Notes: generated by a model not told the origin, from the sequence alone. Shown: positions 47,985 to 58,359, counted from the stretch's first letter. The stretch is 64,000 nt of DNA from Candidatus Omnitrophota bacterium (GCA_030681595.1 JAUXSB010000055.1:64364-128363), one strand, 5' to 3'. A program made the numbers and translations.

Positions 47985-48449
47985 ATGGATTATATTAAAA
48001 AGACAAAACGAATAGTTGATAAATATAACAATGATAAGGAAGCGGTTCTGGATATTCTTCAGGATGTGCAGGAAGAGTTCGGATACGTGCCGAAGGAATC
48101 GGTTGCCTATATTGCTTCTGCCTGTTCCGTCAATCTAAGCCGGCTGTTTGGCATCCTCACCTTTTATTCCCAATTCTATTTATCTCCCCGCGGAAAAAAT
48201 ATTCTTAAAGTATGCTGCGGTACAGCTTGTCATGTCAAAGGAGCTGAGCGTAATTTGGCTAAAGCGGAAGAAGTGCTAAATATAAAAGACGGACAAACTA
48301 GCGCTGATAGGATGTACACCTTGGAAAAAATCGCCTGCATGGGAGCGTGCGGGTTAGCACCGGTCGTTACTATCAATAAAGATGTGTATGGGCATGTGAC
48401 TCCAGAAAGAATAGATAAAATTATTAAAAATAAGGGCTATCGTGAATAA
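47985..48449 (+). CDS. NuoE/HndA-like thioredoxin-fold [2Fe-2S] subunit
   Basis: Cys pattern C..C...CxxxC (VCCGTACH...CMGAC) of the 24 kDa complex-I subunit family. Confidence 0.8.
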   Translation: MDYIKKTKRIVDKYNNDKEAVLDILQDVQEEFGYVPKESVAYIASACSVNLSRLFGILTFYSQFYLSPRGKNILKVCCGTACHVKGAERNLAKAEEVLNIKDGQTSADRMYTLEKIACMGACGLAPVVTINKDVYGHVTPERIDKIIKNKGYRE

Positions 48450-50292
48450 AGAAAAGATAAAAGTGTTTATTGGTATGGCAACTTGCGGCCGTGCCGCCGG
48501 AGCGCAAGCAGTCTTGGACGCGGCAAAATATGAGATTGCGCAGAAGCAATTAGCAATTGAAATTATCGAAACCGGATGCATCGGGATGTGTTCTAAAGAA
48601 GTGCTTCTGGACGTAGTTTTACCCGGCAAAAGCAGGGTTACCTATGGTAATGTCACGCCGCAAGATGTGCCGGTTATATTTTCCGAGCATATAGAGAAAG
48701 GCCTGCCGGTTAAGAAATTAATAGTGGGCCAATTGCCTGTTGATAGCAAGATAAATTATGAGCAAATAGCTTGCTATGGCAGTTTGCCGTTTATGGCTAA
48801 ACAAAAACGCCAGATTATCAAGCGTTGCGGAGAAATAAATCCGGAAAAAATAGATGATTATTTAGCTTTTGCTGGTTATAAAGCTTTGTCCAAGGTATTA
48901 AAAATGTCTCCGGAGGCGATTATCAAGGAGATTGAGGATTCGCAGTTGCGCGGGCGGGGAGGCGGAGGCTTTCTTACGGGTTTAAAATGGTCGATTTGCG
49001 CCTCTGCCCAGTCAGAAATTAAATATATGATTTGTAATGCCGACGAAGGCGATCCGGGCGCGTTTATGGACAGGAGTTTGCTGGAAAGCGACCCGCATTC
49101 GGTTATTGAGGGTATAATCATCGGCTGTTTTGCCATAGGGGCGGCTGAAGGGTATATTTACATCCGCAGCGAATATCCACTTGCTGTTGAGCGTTTAAAA
49201 ATCGCCATTAAACAAGCCGAGGAACGCGGGTTCTTAGGAAAAAATATTTTAGGCAGCGGCTTTAACTGTAATCTTAAAATTAAAAAAGGTTCCGGTGCGT
49301 TTGTCTGCGGCGAAGAAACGGCCTTAATGGCATCCATTGAGGGCAGGCGCGGTATGCCACGGCCCAGGCCTCCGTTTCCTGCTGAAGTGGGCTTGTGGGG
49401 TAAGCCGACCAATATTAATAATGTGGAAACCTTTGCTAATGTACCGTTGATTATTTTAGAAGGCGGCAAAACCTATGCCCAGACAGGTACGCTTAAAAGT
49501 AAGGGCACAAAAATATTCGCACTCACGGGCAAGGTGAATAATACAGGCATGATCGAGGTGCCTATGGGTATTACCATTCGCGAAATCGTTTTTGATATTG
49601 GCCAGGGGATCGCGGATAATAAAAAATTTAAGGCGGTCCAGATCGGCGGGCCGAGCGGCGGCTGTTTAGGCCATACGAATTTAGACACCCCCATAGATTA
49701 TGATTCTTTAACCCAGGCCGGCGCGATCATGGGCTCGGGCGGATGCGTGGTCATGGATGAAGATACCTGCATGGTGGATATCGCCCGATATTTTATGGAT
49801 TTTATCCAGAACGAATCCTGCGGCAAATGTGTTCCCTGCCGCATCGGCTCTAAGCGGATGTTGGAAATTCTTACCCGGATTTGCCAAGGAGATGGCAGAG
49901 AAAAAGACTTGGTATTATTAGAGGAGTTGGCCAATAATGTAAAAGCTTTGTCTTTATGCGGATTAGGCAAGACTTCCGCTAATCCGATTTTAAGCACTTT
50001 ACGATATTTTAAAGACGAATATATCGCGCATATTAAGGAAAAGCGATGCCCGGCAAAAGCCTGCAAAAAACTCATTCAATACCGCGTAGTCGCTTTAAAC
50101 TGTAAAACTTGTTCTTTATGTGTCAAGGTTTGTTCATCCAATGCAATAGAAGGCGGAGCAAAGGGGGTTGCGGCGTTTATCTTAGACGGTAAATGTGTAT
50201 CGTGCGGCGCCTGTTTCGAAAAATGCCCTCACAACGCCATTGTCGTAACTGATGCAAATGATTTTCTTCGGGATAAAGAGACGCAATTATGA
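48442..50292 (+). CDS. NuoF/HndC-like NAD(H)-binding FMN flavoprotein with N-terminal [2Fe-2S] and C-terminal 2x[4Fe-4S] domains
   Basis: GRGGGGF and FMDRS...EGDPGAF motifs, SCGKCVPCR (the N3 cluster), and C-terminal ferredoxin-type Cys clusters. Confidence 0.85.
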   Translation: MNKEKIKVFIGMATCGRAAGAQAVLDAAKYEIAQKQLAIEIIETGCIGMCSKEVLLDVVLPGKSRVTYGNVTPQDVPVIFSEHIEKGLPVKKLIVGQLPVDSKINYEQIACYGSLPFMAKQKRQIIKRCGEINPEKIDDYLAFAGYKALSKVLKMSPEAIIKEIEDSQLRGRGGGGFLTGLKWSICASAQSEIKYMICNADEGDPGAFMDRSLLESDPHSVIEGIIIGCFAIGAAEGYIYIRSEYPLAVERLKIAIKQAEERGFLGKNILGSGFNCNLKIKKGSGAFVCGEETALMASIEGRRGMPRPRPPFPAEVGLWGKPTNINNVETFANVPLIILEGGKTYAQTGTLKSKGTKIFALTGKVNNTGMIEVPMGITIREIVFDIGQGIADNKKFKAVQIGGPSGGCLGHTNLDTPIDYDSLTQAGAIMGSGGCVVMDEDTCMVDIARYFMDFIQNESCGKCVPCRIGSKRMLEILTRICQGDGREKDLVLLEELANNVKALSLCGLGKTSANPILSTLRYFKDEYIAHIKEKRCPAKACKKLIQYRVVALNCKTCSLCVKVCSSNAIEGGAKGVAAFILDGKCVSCGACFEKCPHNAIVVTDANDFLRDKETQL

Positions 50293-52982
50293 AAGAAGCC
50301 ACTGTCTATATTAACGGCAAAAAGGTTATTGTCTCATCCCATATGACAATATTAAAGGCGGCTAAATCTGCCGGCTTTTCTATTCCACATTTATGTAATG
50401 ACAAAAGACTCGAGCCTTATGGCGCCTGCCGCATGTGTATTGTCGAGATAAAAGGCGTAAATGGTTTTGTTGCCGCCTGTCATACCAAGGTCAGGGATGG
50501 CATGGAAATTACCACCGATTCAGAAGATATCCGCGCCAAGAGAAAATTTATTTTGGAGTTATTATTGAGCGATCATCCCCGGGATTGCGTTATATGTGAT
50601 TCGGATGGTAACTGTAAGTTACAGCGTTATGCCTATGAATACGGCGTTGAACTTGATAAATATAATGGCGAAACGCACTCTTTTGAAAAAGTTAATGACG
50701 CAAACTTATTGGTGCATCGCGATCCGGCAAAATGTATCCTTTGCGGCCGCTGCGTGCGTATCTGCGATGAAGTTGTGGGAGCAGAGGCGATAGATTTCGC
50801 TAACCGTGGTTTTAAAGCGCAGATTGCTACGCCGTATCACGTGTCTCTTTTAGATACCACTTGTGAACTTTGCGGACAATGCGTATCGAGTTGCCCTACG
50901 GGGTCATTATCAGAAAAAATGGCCATAGGAAAAGGCAGAGCATATAATTTAAAGAAAGTGCGCACAACCTGCCCTTATTGCGGCGTGGGATGCACTTTTG
51001 ATATTAATGTAAATGACAAAGGGAAGATTATAAAAATCACTTCTGAAACAGGTTCTGTACCTAACAATGGTAATCTTTGTGTTAAGGGGCGCTTTGCCTA
51101 TGATTTTATAGAGCATCCTGAGCGCTTACGTAAACCGTTAATGAAAAAAGGTGATAAACTCGTTGAAGTAGAGTGGGATGAGGCAATAAGTACTGCGTGT
51201 ACAAAAATGCTTGCGATTAAGGAAAAATACGGCGCAGAAAGCTTAGGGTTTGTTTCATCCTGCCGCTGTACTAACGAAGAAAATTATCTGATGCAAAAAT
51301 TAGCGCGGGCGGTTTTTGGTTCAGCCAATATCGATCAATGCGCGCGCACCTGCCATGCGCCGACAGTAGCCGGGTTGTCTATGTCTTTTGGGAGTGGTGC
51401 AATGACTAATTCTATCGAAGAGATTTCTGCTATGGATTTGATCTTTGTCATCGGCTCAAATCCTACTGAAGCGCATCCGATTATCGGTATGGAAATGAAG
51501 CGTGCCATGCGGCGTGGGGCGCAGCTTATCGTGGTAGACCCAAGACGAACATGGATGGCAGAACGCGCTAGCGTGCACTTAGCGCTTAAACCGGGTACTG
51601 ATGTCCCCTTAATGAATGCCATGATGCATACGATTATCAGCGAAGATATTTATGATAAGGAATTTGTCCAAAAGCGCACGGAAGATTTCGATAAGCTTAA
51701 AGAAATGGTGCTCACTTGGCCGCCGGAAAGAGCAGCTCTCTTGTGTCAGGTGGAGGCAGAAGACATTAAGAAAGCAGCGCGGATGTACGCAAAGGCTGAT
51801 AAGGCGGGTATTTTTTATACATTGGGCTTAACCGAACATATCTGCGGCACGGATAACGTGCGTTCAACCGCTAATTTAGCCATGCTTACCGGCCATATCG
51901 GCAGAGAGAGTACAGGGGTCAATCCGTTGCGCGGCCAGAACAATGTGCAGGGCGGTTGCGATATGGGCGCTTTGCCTGATGTATTTTCCGGCTATCAAAA
52001 AGTAGAGGATCCGGCAATAAATGAAAAATTTTCCAAGGCCTATGGCGTGAAATTGCCCGATAAAAAAGGCTATACCATTACCGACATGATCGAGAAGGCT
52101 GATGAAGGAAAAATAAAGGCCTTGTTTATTATGGGAGAAGATAATTTAATGAGCGAGCCTGACTCCGGCCTTGTCAAACAGGCATTTGAAAAGCTGGAAT
52201 TACTTATTGTGCAGGATATTTTTCTCTCGGAAACCGCAAAAATTGCCGATGTGGTTTTTGCCGCGTCAAGTTACGCCGAAAAAGACGGCACATTTACAAA
52301 TACCGAACGCCGGGTGCAAAGAGTAAGAAAAGCTATTGAACCCGTGGGAGATTCCCGGCCTGACTGGCAGATACTTTGCAATATAGCCAAAGAAGTAGGC
52401 TACGACAAAATGACTTATAATCATCCCTCGCAAATTTGGGATGAAATGGCTCAGCTGACTCCGATCTTTGCCGGCGTCAGTTATGAAAGAATTGAAAAAA
52501 TCGGCTTGCAATGGCCTTGTTTTGATTTTGATCATTGCGGCACAAAATTTCTCCATGAAGGTAATTTTACGCGCGGCAAAGGCAAGTTTTTTGCCCTTGA
52601 TTATCGCCCACCCGCTGAAGAGCCTAATGATGAATACCCATTCTATCTGACTACAGGCAGAATTTTATATCACTACAACGTAGGCACAATGACTCTGCGC
52701 TCAAAGGGCACACTGCAGAAAGCCCCGGAAAATTTCTGTGAGCTGAATTTTCATGACGCGCAAAAAATCGGCGTGCGAGACGGCGAGAAGGTCAAGATTA
52801 TAACCCGAAGGGGCGAGCTAACCGTAAAAGCCAACGTAGGCGAAAAAGTCAGGCGCGGGCGCCTTTGGATGCCATTCCATTATCCGGATTCACCGACAAA
52901 TCTTTTAACCAATAGCGCTTTTGATGACATAACGCGTACCGCAGAATACAAAGTTTGCGCCGCGCGCATTGTCAAACCATGA
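50289..52982 (+). CDS. fdhA: Formate dehydrogenase alpha subunit (molybdopterin, Cys-type) with an N-terminal NuoG-like FeS domain
   Basis: The 2Fe-2S and 4Fe-4S N-terminus, followed by a Mo-bisPGD domain with CARTCHAPTVAGL where FdhF has the Sec/Cys ligand. The codon is TGC (Cys), not TGA. C-terminal MopB barrel. Confidence 0.8.
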   Translation: MKEATVYINGKKVIVSSHMTILKAAKSAGFSIPHLCNDKRLEPYGACRMCIVEIKGVNGFVAACHTKVRDGMEITTDSEDIRAKRKFILELLLSDHPRDCVICDSDGNCKLQRYAYEYGVELDKYNGETHSFEKVNDANLLVHRDPAKCILCGRCVRICDEVVGAEAIDFANRGFKAQIATPYHVSLLDTTCELCGQCVSSCPTGSLSEKMAIGKGRAYNLKKVRTTCPYCGVGCTFDINVNDKGKIIKITSETGSVPNNGNLCVKGRFAYDFIEHPERLRKPLMKKGDKLVEVEWDEAISTACTKMLAIKEKYGAESLGFVSSCRCTNEENYLMQKLARAVFGSANIDQCARTCHAPTVAGLSMSFGSGAMTNSIEEISAMDLIFVIGSNPTEAHPIIGMEMKRAMRRGAQLIVVDPRRTWMAERASVHLALKPGTDVPLMNAMMHTIISEDIYDKEFVQKRTEDFDKLKEMVLTWPPERAALLCQVEAEDIKKAARMYAKADKAGIFYTLGLTEHICGTDNVRSTANLAMLTGHIGRESTGVNPLRGQNNVQGGCDMGALPDVFSGYQKVEDPAINEKFSKAYGVKLPDKKGYTITDMIEKADEGKIKALFIMGEDNLMSEPDSGLVKQAFEKLELLIVQDIFLSETAKIADVVFAASSYAEKDGTFTNTERRVQRVRKAIEPVGDSRPDWQILCNIAKEVGYDKMTYNHPSQIWDEMAQLTPIFAGVSYERIEKIGLQWPCFDFDHCGTKFLHEGNFTRGKGKFFALDYRPPAEEPNDEYPFYLTTGRILYHYNVGTMTLRSKGTLQKAPENFCELNFHDAQKIGVRDGEKVKIITRRGELTVKANVGEKVRRGRLWMPFHYPDSPTNLLTNSAFDDITRTAEYKVCAARIVKP

Positions 52983-53422
52983 TGCGGACAATAGTTGTAT
53001 CAGGAGAAAAAAGCGGTATCGGTAAAACTTATCTTGCCGAGCATCTGCTAAATAACCTTCGTGGCTGGTCAGCGCTTAAGGTAACCGTAAAAAAGAATGG
53101 CGTTTGCCAAAGTGTAAAAAATTGCGGTTTATGCCAAGAAATTAAAAAGCCGTTTGATATTATAAAAGATAAAAATATAATCAACCAACCCGGAAAAGAT
53201 ACTGCACGGCTGAAAGTTGCAGGGGCCAATGAAGTTATTTGGCTAAAGGCAACGACAGGTGGATTAAAAAGCGGCCTTGAAAAAGCACTGGCGGAATTTT
53301 CCAAATGTCCGGGAATAGTAATTGAAGGAACCTCTGTTTTAAAATTTCTAAAACCCTATTTAAATCTGCACGTCTATTCTGGCGGCACTTACACCGTTTC
53401 CCACCTCCGAGGTGGGAATTAG
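52979..53422 (+). CDS. mobB: MobB-like P-loop protein (molybdopterin-guanine dinucleotide biosynthesis adaptor)
   Basis: IVVSGEKSGIGKTYL Walker A. Its size and neighbours fit MobB. ATGA overlap with fdhA. Confidence 0.5.
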   Translation: MMRTIVVSGEKSGIGKTYLAEHLLNNLRGWSALKVTVKKNGVCQSVKNCGLCQEIKKPFDIIKDKNIINQPGKDTARLKVAGANEVIWLKATTGGLKSGLEKALAEFSKCPGIVIEGTSVLKFLKPYLNLHVYSGGTYTVSHLRGGN

Positions 53423-53448
53423 GTTAGAAACACGCTATTTTTTAAAAT

Positions 53449-53970
53449 ATGCTTCTAATTAGTTTATTTCTGGCTTTTTTGAGGATCGGATTTTTTGCTA
53501 TAGGAGGCGCTTATTCTTTCCTGCCTCTAATAGAAAACGAAGTCGTGCATAAATATCACTGGCTTACAAATAACGAATTTCTGGAAATCTTAGGCGTAAC
53601 TCAGATGTTTCCCGGGGCGATTTCTATAAAGTTTGCCACTTATACCGGATATAAAATAGCCGGTATCCCCGGAGCAATACTGGCAAATCTGGGCAATATA
53701 TCGGCGCCGGTATTGTTTATAGCCGTCTTCACTATTTTTTACAGAAAATTTAAAGATTCGCCCGGCATTAAGGGTTCTTTTGACATGATACGATTGGTGG
53801 TGTTTGCCATGATTATGGCTGTTGCTTTTAAAACAGTGGATATTTATAAATTGGCCGAGCTAAAGAGCGTTTTAGTGATTATTGCCTCCTTTGTTCTATT
53901 TATGTTTACAAAAATCCATCCGGCCTTGATCATTGCCGCGGCCGGCATATTCGGTTTTTTCTGGAGATAG
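53449..53970 (+). CDS. chrA: Half-size chromate-transporter (ChrA) family protein
   Basis: LRIGFFAIGGAYSFLPLIENEVV...FLEILGVTQMFPG is the CHR family signature. 173 aa, a single half. Confidence 0.7.
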   Translation: MLLISLFLAFLRIGFFAIGGAYSFLPLIENEVVHKYHWLTNNEFLEILGVTQMFPGAISIKFATYTGYKIAGIPGAILANLGNISAPVLFIAVFTIFYRKFKDSPGIKGSFDMIRLVVFAMIMAVAFKTVDIYKLAELKSVLVIIASFVLFMFTKIHPALIIAAAGIFGFFWR

Positions 53971-53981
53971 GGCGTTCAATT

Positions 53982-55184
53982 ATGATTTCATACGAACAGG
54001 CAATCACAGATATACTCAAAAACACGCATCTGCTAGCCGATCAGCAAGTTTTGCTTTGCGATTCTCTTGGGAGGATTTTAAGGGAAGATATTATTTCCGG
54101 AATAGAAATGCCTCCTTTTGACAGATCAGCAATGGACGGCTATGCCTTAAATTCTGCTGATCTTAAAAAGATCCCGGCAAAATTAAGATGCATTGGTTTA
54201 ATACAAGCGGGGGACAGTTTTAAGAAAAGGCTAAAGCGCGGCGAGTGTGTCAAGATAATGACCGGAGCGCCTATTCCGGAGGGCGCTGATTGTGTAGTGA
54301 TGGTGGAGTTTACAAAAGCATCAGGGAAAGAGGTTACGATATTAAAGGCAATTCAAAAATGGGAAAATATATTTTTTAAGGGCGAAGATTTTAAGAAAGG
54401 GCAATGCGTCCTTAAGAAAGGTGTAAAAATTTCCGCTTCGCATGTGGCTATACTTGCGGCAGTGGGAAGAAAGTATGTTATGGTAAGCCCTAAGCCGCAA
54501 GTCGCCGTCTTAAATACGGGCGGAGAAATTATTCCGCTAGGCGTTAAATTAAGTAAAAATCAAATATATAACAGTAACGGCCCGATACTTGAGGCGTTAC
54601 TTAAGTCGGATCATATCCAGCCAATAGCTTTAGGAATCGCGCGGGATAATATTAAGGACTTAACTTGCGCGATAAAAAATGGGCTAGGCGCGGATGTGCT
54701 ATTGATTTCCGGTGGCGTATCAATGGGGGATTATGACCTTGTTCCGGATGCATTAAACAGCTTGGGTGTTAAGAAAATATTTCATAAGGTAAATATTAAG
54801 CCGGGCAAGCCGCTTTTTTTTGGGATAAAGGGCAAAACTATTGTTTTTGGAATCCCCGGTAATCCGGTATCAAATTTTTTATCGTATCTAATATTTACGC
54901 GCCCGGCTATACGGAAGATGATGGGATATTTAAATTATAACACTGAATTTAAAGAAGGTATTATTGAGAAGGAATTTCGTGCCAAATCCGGGCGGAGGAA
55001 TTTTGTTTTGGTTAAAATTTTAAAAAAGGCAGGCCTTTATTATTTATCTCCTGTCGCCGGCCGCAGTTCAGCCGATACTTTGTCTTTGTCTTGTGCAGAC
55101 GGATTTATGATGCTGGATGATGGTGTTGCGGTTATGAAAAAGAAATCCAAAATACGCTTTATTACATGGAAGACGATATGGTAA
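53982..55184 (+). CDS. moeA: Molybdopterin molybdenumtransferase MoeA
   Basis: N-terminus MISYEQA...LGRIL plus SAMDGYA and LISGGVSMGDYD motifs. Confidence 0.8.
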   Translation: MISYEQAITDILKNTHLLADQQVLLCDSLGRILREDIISGIEMPPFDRSAMDGYALNSADLKKIPAKLRCIGLIQAGDSFKKRLKRGECVKIMTGAPIPEGADCVVMVEFTKASGKEVTILKAIQKWENIFFKGEDFKKGQCVLKKGVKISASHVAILAAVGRKYVMVSPKPQVAVLNTGGEIIPLGVKLSKNQIYNSNGPILEALLKSDHIQPIALGIARDNIKDLTCAIKNGLGADVLLISGGVSMGDYDLVPDALNSLGVKKIFHKVNIKPGKPLFFGIKGKTIVFGIPGNPVSNFLSYLIFTRPAIRKMMGYLNYNTEFKEGIIEKEFRAKSGRRNFVLVKILKKAGLYYLSPVAGRSSADTLSLSCADGFMMLDDGVAVMKKKSKIRFITWKTIW

Positions 55185-55447
55185 AAGAAAATAAGAAGCA
55201 TTTTGTCTATATTGTAGAATGCGCGGATAAGACTTTTTATACCGGGTATACGAATGATTTAAAGAAAAGATTAGAAAAACATAATAATGGCGTTGCTTCA
55301 AAATATACCAGAGCGCGGCTTCCGGTTAGGTTAGTATGGTATAGCGCGTATCGTCAACTTAGCGGAGCGCTTCGCTCCGAGGCAATGATTAAAAAGTTAA
55401 CCAGAAACCAGAAAGAGTTCTTATTGAGAGGGGAGTGTTTTGCGTAA
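55166..55447 (+). CDS. GIY-YIG nuclease-domain protein (93 aa)
   Basis: HFVYIVECADKTFYTGYTNDLKKRLEKHN is the GIY-YIG signature. Confidence 0.7.
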   Translation: MEDDMVKENKKHFVYIVECADKTFYTGYTNDLKKRLEKHNNGVASKYTRARLPVRLVWYSAYRQLSGALRSEAMIKKLTRNQKEFLLRGECFA

Positions 55448-56222
55448 GAAAATTTTAATTATAGATGATGAACGCGGATTTACCAATATCCTAAAACTTT
55501 TTTTTCAAGAAAACGGCTTTGATGTTATTGTTGCCGAAGACGGAAAAATTGGCCTAGCGAAGGCAAAATACGAAAAACCGGATCTTATTATTTTAGATTT
55601 AGAGCTTCCGGGTTTTTCCGGCGAGGAGGTCTGCCGGCAAATTCGTAAAGGGGAACATTCCAAAAGAACCCCGATTATTATGCTAACTGGGAATGATTCG
55701 GATGTGGATAGAGTGGTGGTCAAAGTCATCGGCGTTGACAGCTATTTAACCAAGCCTTGTGAAATGAAAATTTTACTAAAAGAGATTGACCGGCTGACAG
55801 GAATTACCGATGAAGGCCGCAAAATTCTTTCTCTTGTAGATGAGTTAAAAAAAGAGCACCTTGTTATAGTAAGCATGCTTGATGAAGCGCAAAAATCCGG
55901 CATAGACAAAAAAGATGGCCAGGATAAGCTTATAGCGGTAAAAGATAAGTTATCTGCTCATTTGAATACAGAAGACATGGTATTCTACCCTTTATTAAAG
56001 AAGGCAGCCGGGAAAGATGAGGGGCTTAAGGAGGCATTTGATTTTTTTGGAAAAGATTTTGAAATGATTACCCGGCGCTGTAATGAATTCTTTAATAGAT
56101 ACCCGGGCAATTGTTCTGATAAAAGTTGTTTGTATGATTTTAAGGATTTTTTCTCATCTCTTAAGCAACGGATGCGCAAAGAAGAAATCGTGCTCTTTAC
56201 GATAAGTAAAAATATACATTAA
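55440..56222 (+). CDS. Response-regulator receiver fused to a probable hemerythrin-like (HHE) domain
   Basis: ILIIDDE...DLIILDLELPGFSG receiver motif. C-terminal half has repeated H...E motifs (EHLVIVSMLDE, HLNTEDMVFYPLL). Confidence 0.55.
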   Translation: MRKKILIIDDERGFTNILKLFFQENGFDVIVAEDGKIGLAKAKYEKPDLIILDLELPGFSGEEVCRQIRKGEHSKRTPIIMLTGNDSDVDRVVVKVIGVDSYLTKPCEMKILLKEIDRLTGITDEGRKILSLVDELKKEHLVIVSMLDEAQKSGIDKKDGQDKLIAVKDKLSAHLNTEDMVFYPLLKKAAGKDEGLKEAFDFFGKDFEMITRRCNEFFNRYPGNCSDKSCLYDFKDFFSSLKQRMRKEEIVLFTISKNIH

Positions 56223-56318
56223 AAATAATTAACCGCTGCCAGCGAACCATTTGGTTTACGTAATTTACTTGACAAAATAATCCTTATGGTAATTTGTTAC
56301 CATAACTATGGTGAAAAG

Positions 56319-56864
56319 ATGATATCTTTACGTTCAAAAGTCACAATAAAATTATTGGATTATTATTTCCTTAATCCGGAAGCTCAAGTCTATATTAATG
56401 AGCTGGCAAGGATTCTAGAGCTTGATCCTAAAAATACGGAGACTAAGCTTAAGGAATTTGAAAAAGAAGGCCTTTTTAAAAGCGAATTCCGCGGGAAGCA
56501 AAGGTATTTTTATCTTGCAAAAGATAATCCAGTTTTGGAACATTACCGCCAGATTTTCCTAAAGACCCACGGTATAGAAAAAAGGCTCAAAGATATGATA
56601 GGTAATATTAAAGGGCTTAAGGAAGCTTATCTGTTCGGCTCATACGCAAGCAACAAAATGGATTCTTCAAGCGATATTGATCTTTTGGCCATAGGTACGC
56701 ACTCGGTTTTGGAATTACAGAGAGTTATTGCTAAATTGCAGAAAGATACAGGTAGAGAATTCAATGTAACTAATTTAAGCATGAATGAATTCGAGGTTAA
56801 AAAAAAGAACAAAGATCCATTTATAAACACTATCTTTAAAACTAAAATTATCAGGCTTATATGA
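56319..56864 (+). CDS. wHTH plus minimal nucleotidyltransferase (MNT/AbiEii-like)
   Basis: GS..S...DIDLLAIG is the pol-beta NTase motif. N-terminal winged-helix region. Confidence 0.6.
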   Translation: MISLRSKVTIKLLDYYFLNPEAQVYINELARILELDPKNTETKLKEFEKEGLFKSEFRGKQRYFYLAKDNPVLEHYRQIFLKTHGIEKRLKDMIGNIKGLKEAYLFGSYASNKMDSSSDIDLLAIGTHSVLELQRVIAKLQKDTGREFNVTNLSMNEFEVKKKNKDPFINTIFKTKIIRLI

Positions 56865-57256
56865 TCCATTTTGAGAGTCAACACTTTCAAAAACTGGTAT
56901 TTAAAGAAGAACAAATTGACCAATTCTTGAAATCTGCCTTACATGATCCGAAGATAGCTGAAGAATCAGATATTCCCGATGTTATTTTTAAGTTCAGTTA
57001 TGATGCTCTTATAAAATTAGGTATCGCGCTAATTGCCAAAAAAGGGCACAAAGTAAGAAGTACAGCCGGCCATCACGTTAAGATTTTAGAGAAACTGAGC
57101 CAGCTATTTAAAGATGAAGATATCCTTGTGCTTGGCAATAAAATGAGACAAGAGCGTAACGTCAATCTTTATGACGGCGGATTTTTTGTAGGAGAGAAGG
57201 ACAGCCTTGAATACCTCAAATTTGTCAAGAGCACCTTTAAAAAAGCGGGAATTTAA
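56861..57256 (+). CDS. Probable HEPN-domain partner of the upstream NTase
   Basis: ATGA overlap with the NTase. RSTAGH matches the Rx4-6H HEPN motif. Weak. Confidence 0.45.
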   Translation: MIHFESQHFQKLVFKEEQIDQFLKSALHDPKIAEESDIPDVIFKFSYDALIKLGIALIAKKGHKVRSTAGHHVKILEKLSQLFKDEDILVLGNKMRQERNVNLYDGGFFVGEKDSLEYLKFVKSTFKKAGI

Positions 57257-57289
57257 AGGGTAATAGGATATGTTGACCTAGATGCCTTA

Positions 57290-57560
57290 AGGGTGCCTAG
57301 GTTTTTTATTTTGGCCGGAAATTCTAGAAGGAATTTAAAATTATGCCTAAAATCTACATCCGTACCTTCGGATGGCCGTTGTCCAATTAACAGTAGCACG
57401 ATGCGCAGTCTGGCCGAGGCTGTAGTAGGCGATAGGCTATGGGCAATAGGCGATAGGAACGAGGCGAGAGGCCATAGGCAATAGGGACGAGGCGATAGGC
57501 TATGGGCAATAGGCAATAGGCAAAAACAAAAACCTATAGCCTCTCGCCTATAGCCTATTT
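57290..57560. repeat. Low-complexity ATAGGC-based tandem duplication with a downstream reverse-complement arm (large imperfect dyad)
   Basis: ggcgataggctatgggcaataggc occurs twice. The downstream sequence cctatagcctctcgcctatagcctat is the reverse complement of the ataggc units. Confidence 0.6.
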
Positions 57561-57661
57561 TTGAGTGACATGGATTGACATAAATCTGTCACAAAAAGTA
57601 TATAGTTTTTCTGATAAAACCACGACGTTTGATAATCCGCATTTACGCCCCCAATAATTTA

Positions 57662-57690
57662 TTGACAAACCGTCTGCTGTGTTCTATACT
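57662..57690 (+). promoter_or_regulatory. Sigma70-like promoter (TTGACA, 17 bp spacer, TATACT) for the second NTase-HEPN pair
   Basis: aTTGACAaaccgtctgctgtgttcTATACTat about 40 bp upstream of 57732. Confidence 0.5.
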
Positions 57691-57731
57691 ATCGAACAGT
57701 TGTATTATCAAATAGAACAGGAGATGAAAAC

Positions 57732-58358
57732 ATGTTGATCCCGGCCGGAAGAAAAAAGATGCTGGAAATATTCCTAAAAGACCCTTTTAAGGAAATCCAC
57801 TTACGAGAGATCGCCCGCCAATCAAAATCGTCACTTGCTAATGTGGACAATTCAATGCGGTTATTCGTGAAAAACGACATGTTTAAACGCAATGAAATGT
57901 CGCATTCCACGTTCTTTAAGCCCAACCTTGAAAATGATGAGACTATAAAGATATTCGAGCTTTTGGAGCTTGAGAGGCGCAAAGCATTTTATGCGAAGAA
58001 CAAGAATATAGCTCGCCTTATTAAGAAATACACAGATTCTATTATAGAGTTTTCAAACAAAAGGATCCAGCTTGTCATTCTTTTTGGTTCCGTAGCAAGG
58101 GGCGAATGGACAAAGGGTAGCGATATTGACATACTGGCGGTCGTTCCGGATAAAGAAAACGATATCATCGATATATTAAACAAGGCCAAGACAGATGTCA
58201 GTCCGCTTTTAGAAATAAGGCCGATAAGTACTACAACAAAAAAGTTTATCGATGGTTTTAAGGCCAAGACTGAATTTTACGATAATTTATGGAAGGATCG
58301 TATTGTGCTGTATAGCGAATTCTTATTTTGGCAACTTATAAGAGAGGGAGGCAAATGA
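57732..58358 (+). CDS. wHTH plus nucleotidyltransferase (second MNT-like)
   Basis: LFGSVARGEWTKGSDIDILAVV pol-beta NTase motif. Confidence 0.65.
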   Translation: MLIPAGRKKMLEIFLKDPFKEIHLREIARQSKSSLANVDNSMRLFVKNDMFKRNEMSHSTFFKPNLENDETIKIFELLELERRKAFYAKNKNIARLIKKYTDSIIEFSNKRIQLVILFGSVARGEWTKGSDIDILAVVPDKENDIIDILNKAKTDVSPLLEIRPISTTTKKFIDGFKAKTEFYDNLWKDRIVLYSEFLFWQLIREGGK

Positions 58359-58359
58359 T

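Noticed and set aside
51355-51366. Possible selenocysteine codon in FdhA
   Set aside because: The active-site position is encoded by TGC (Cys) within CARTCHAPT. There is no in-frame TGA and no SECIS-like hairpin.
57253-57516. 87 aa minus-strand ORF
   Set aside because: It is produced by the ATAGGC low-complexity repeats (HSLSP repeats in translation) and is not a credible protein.
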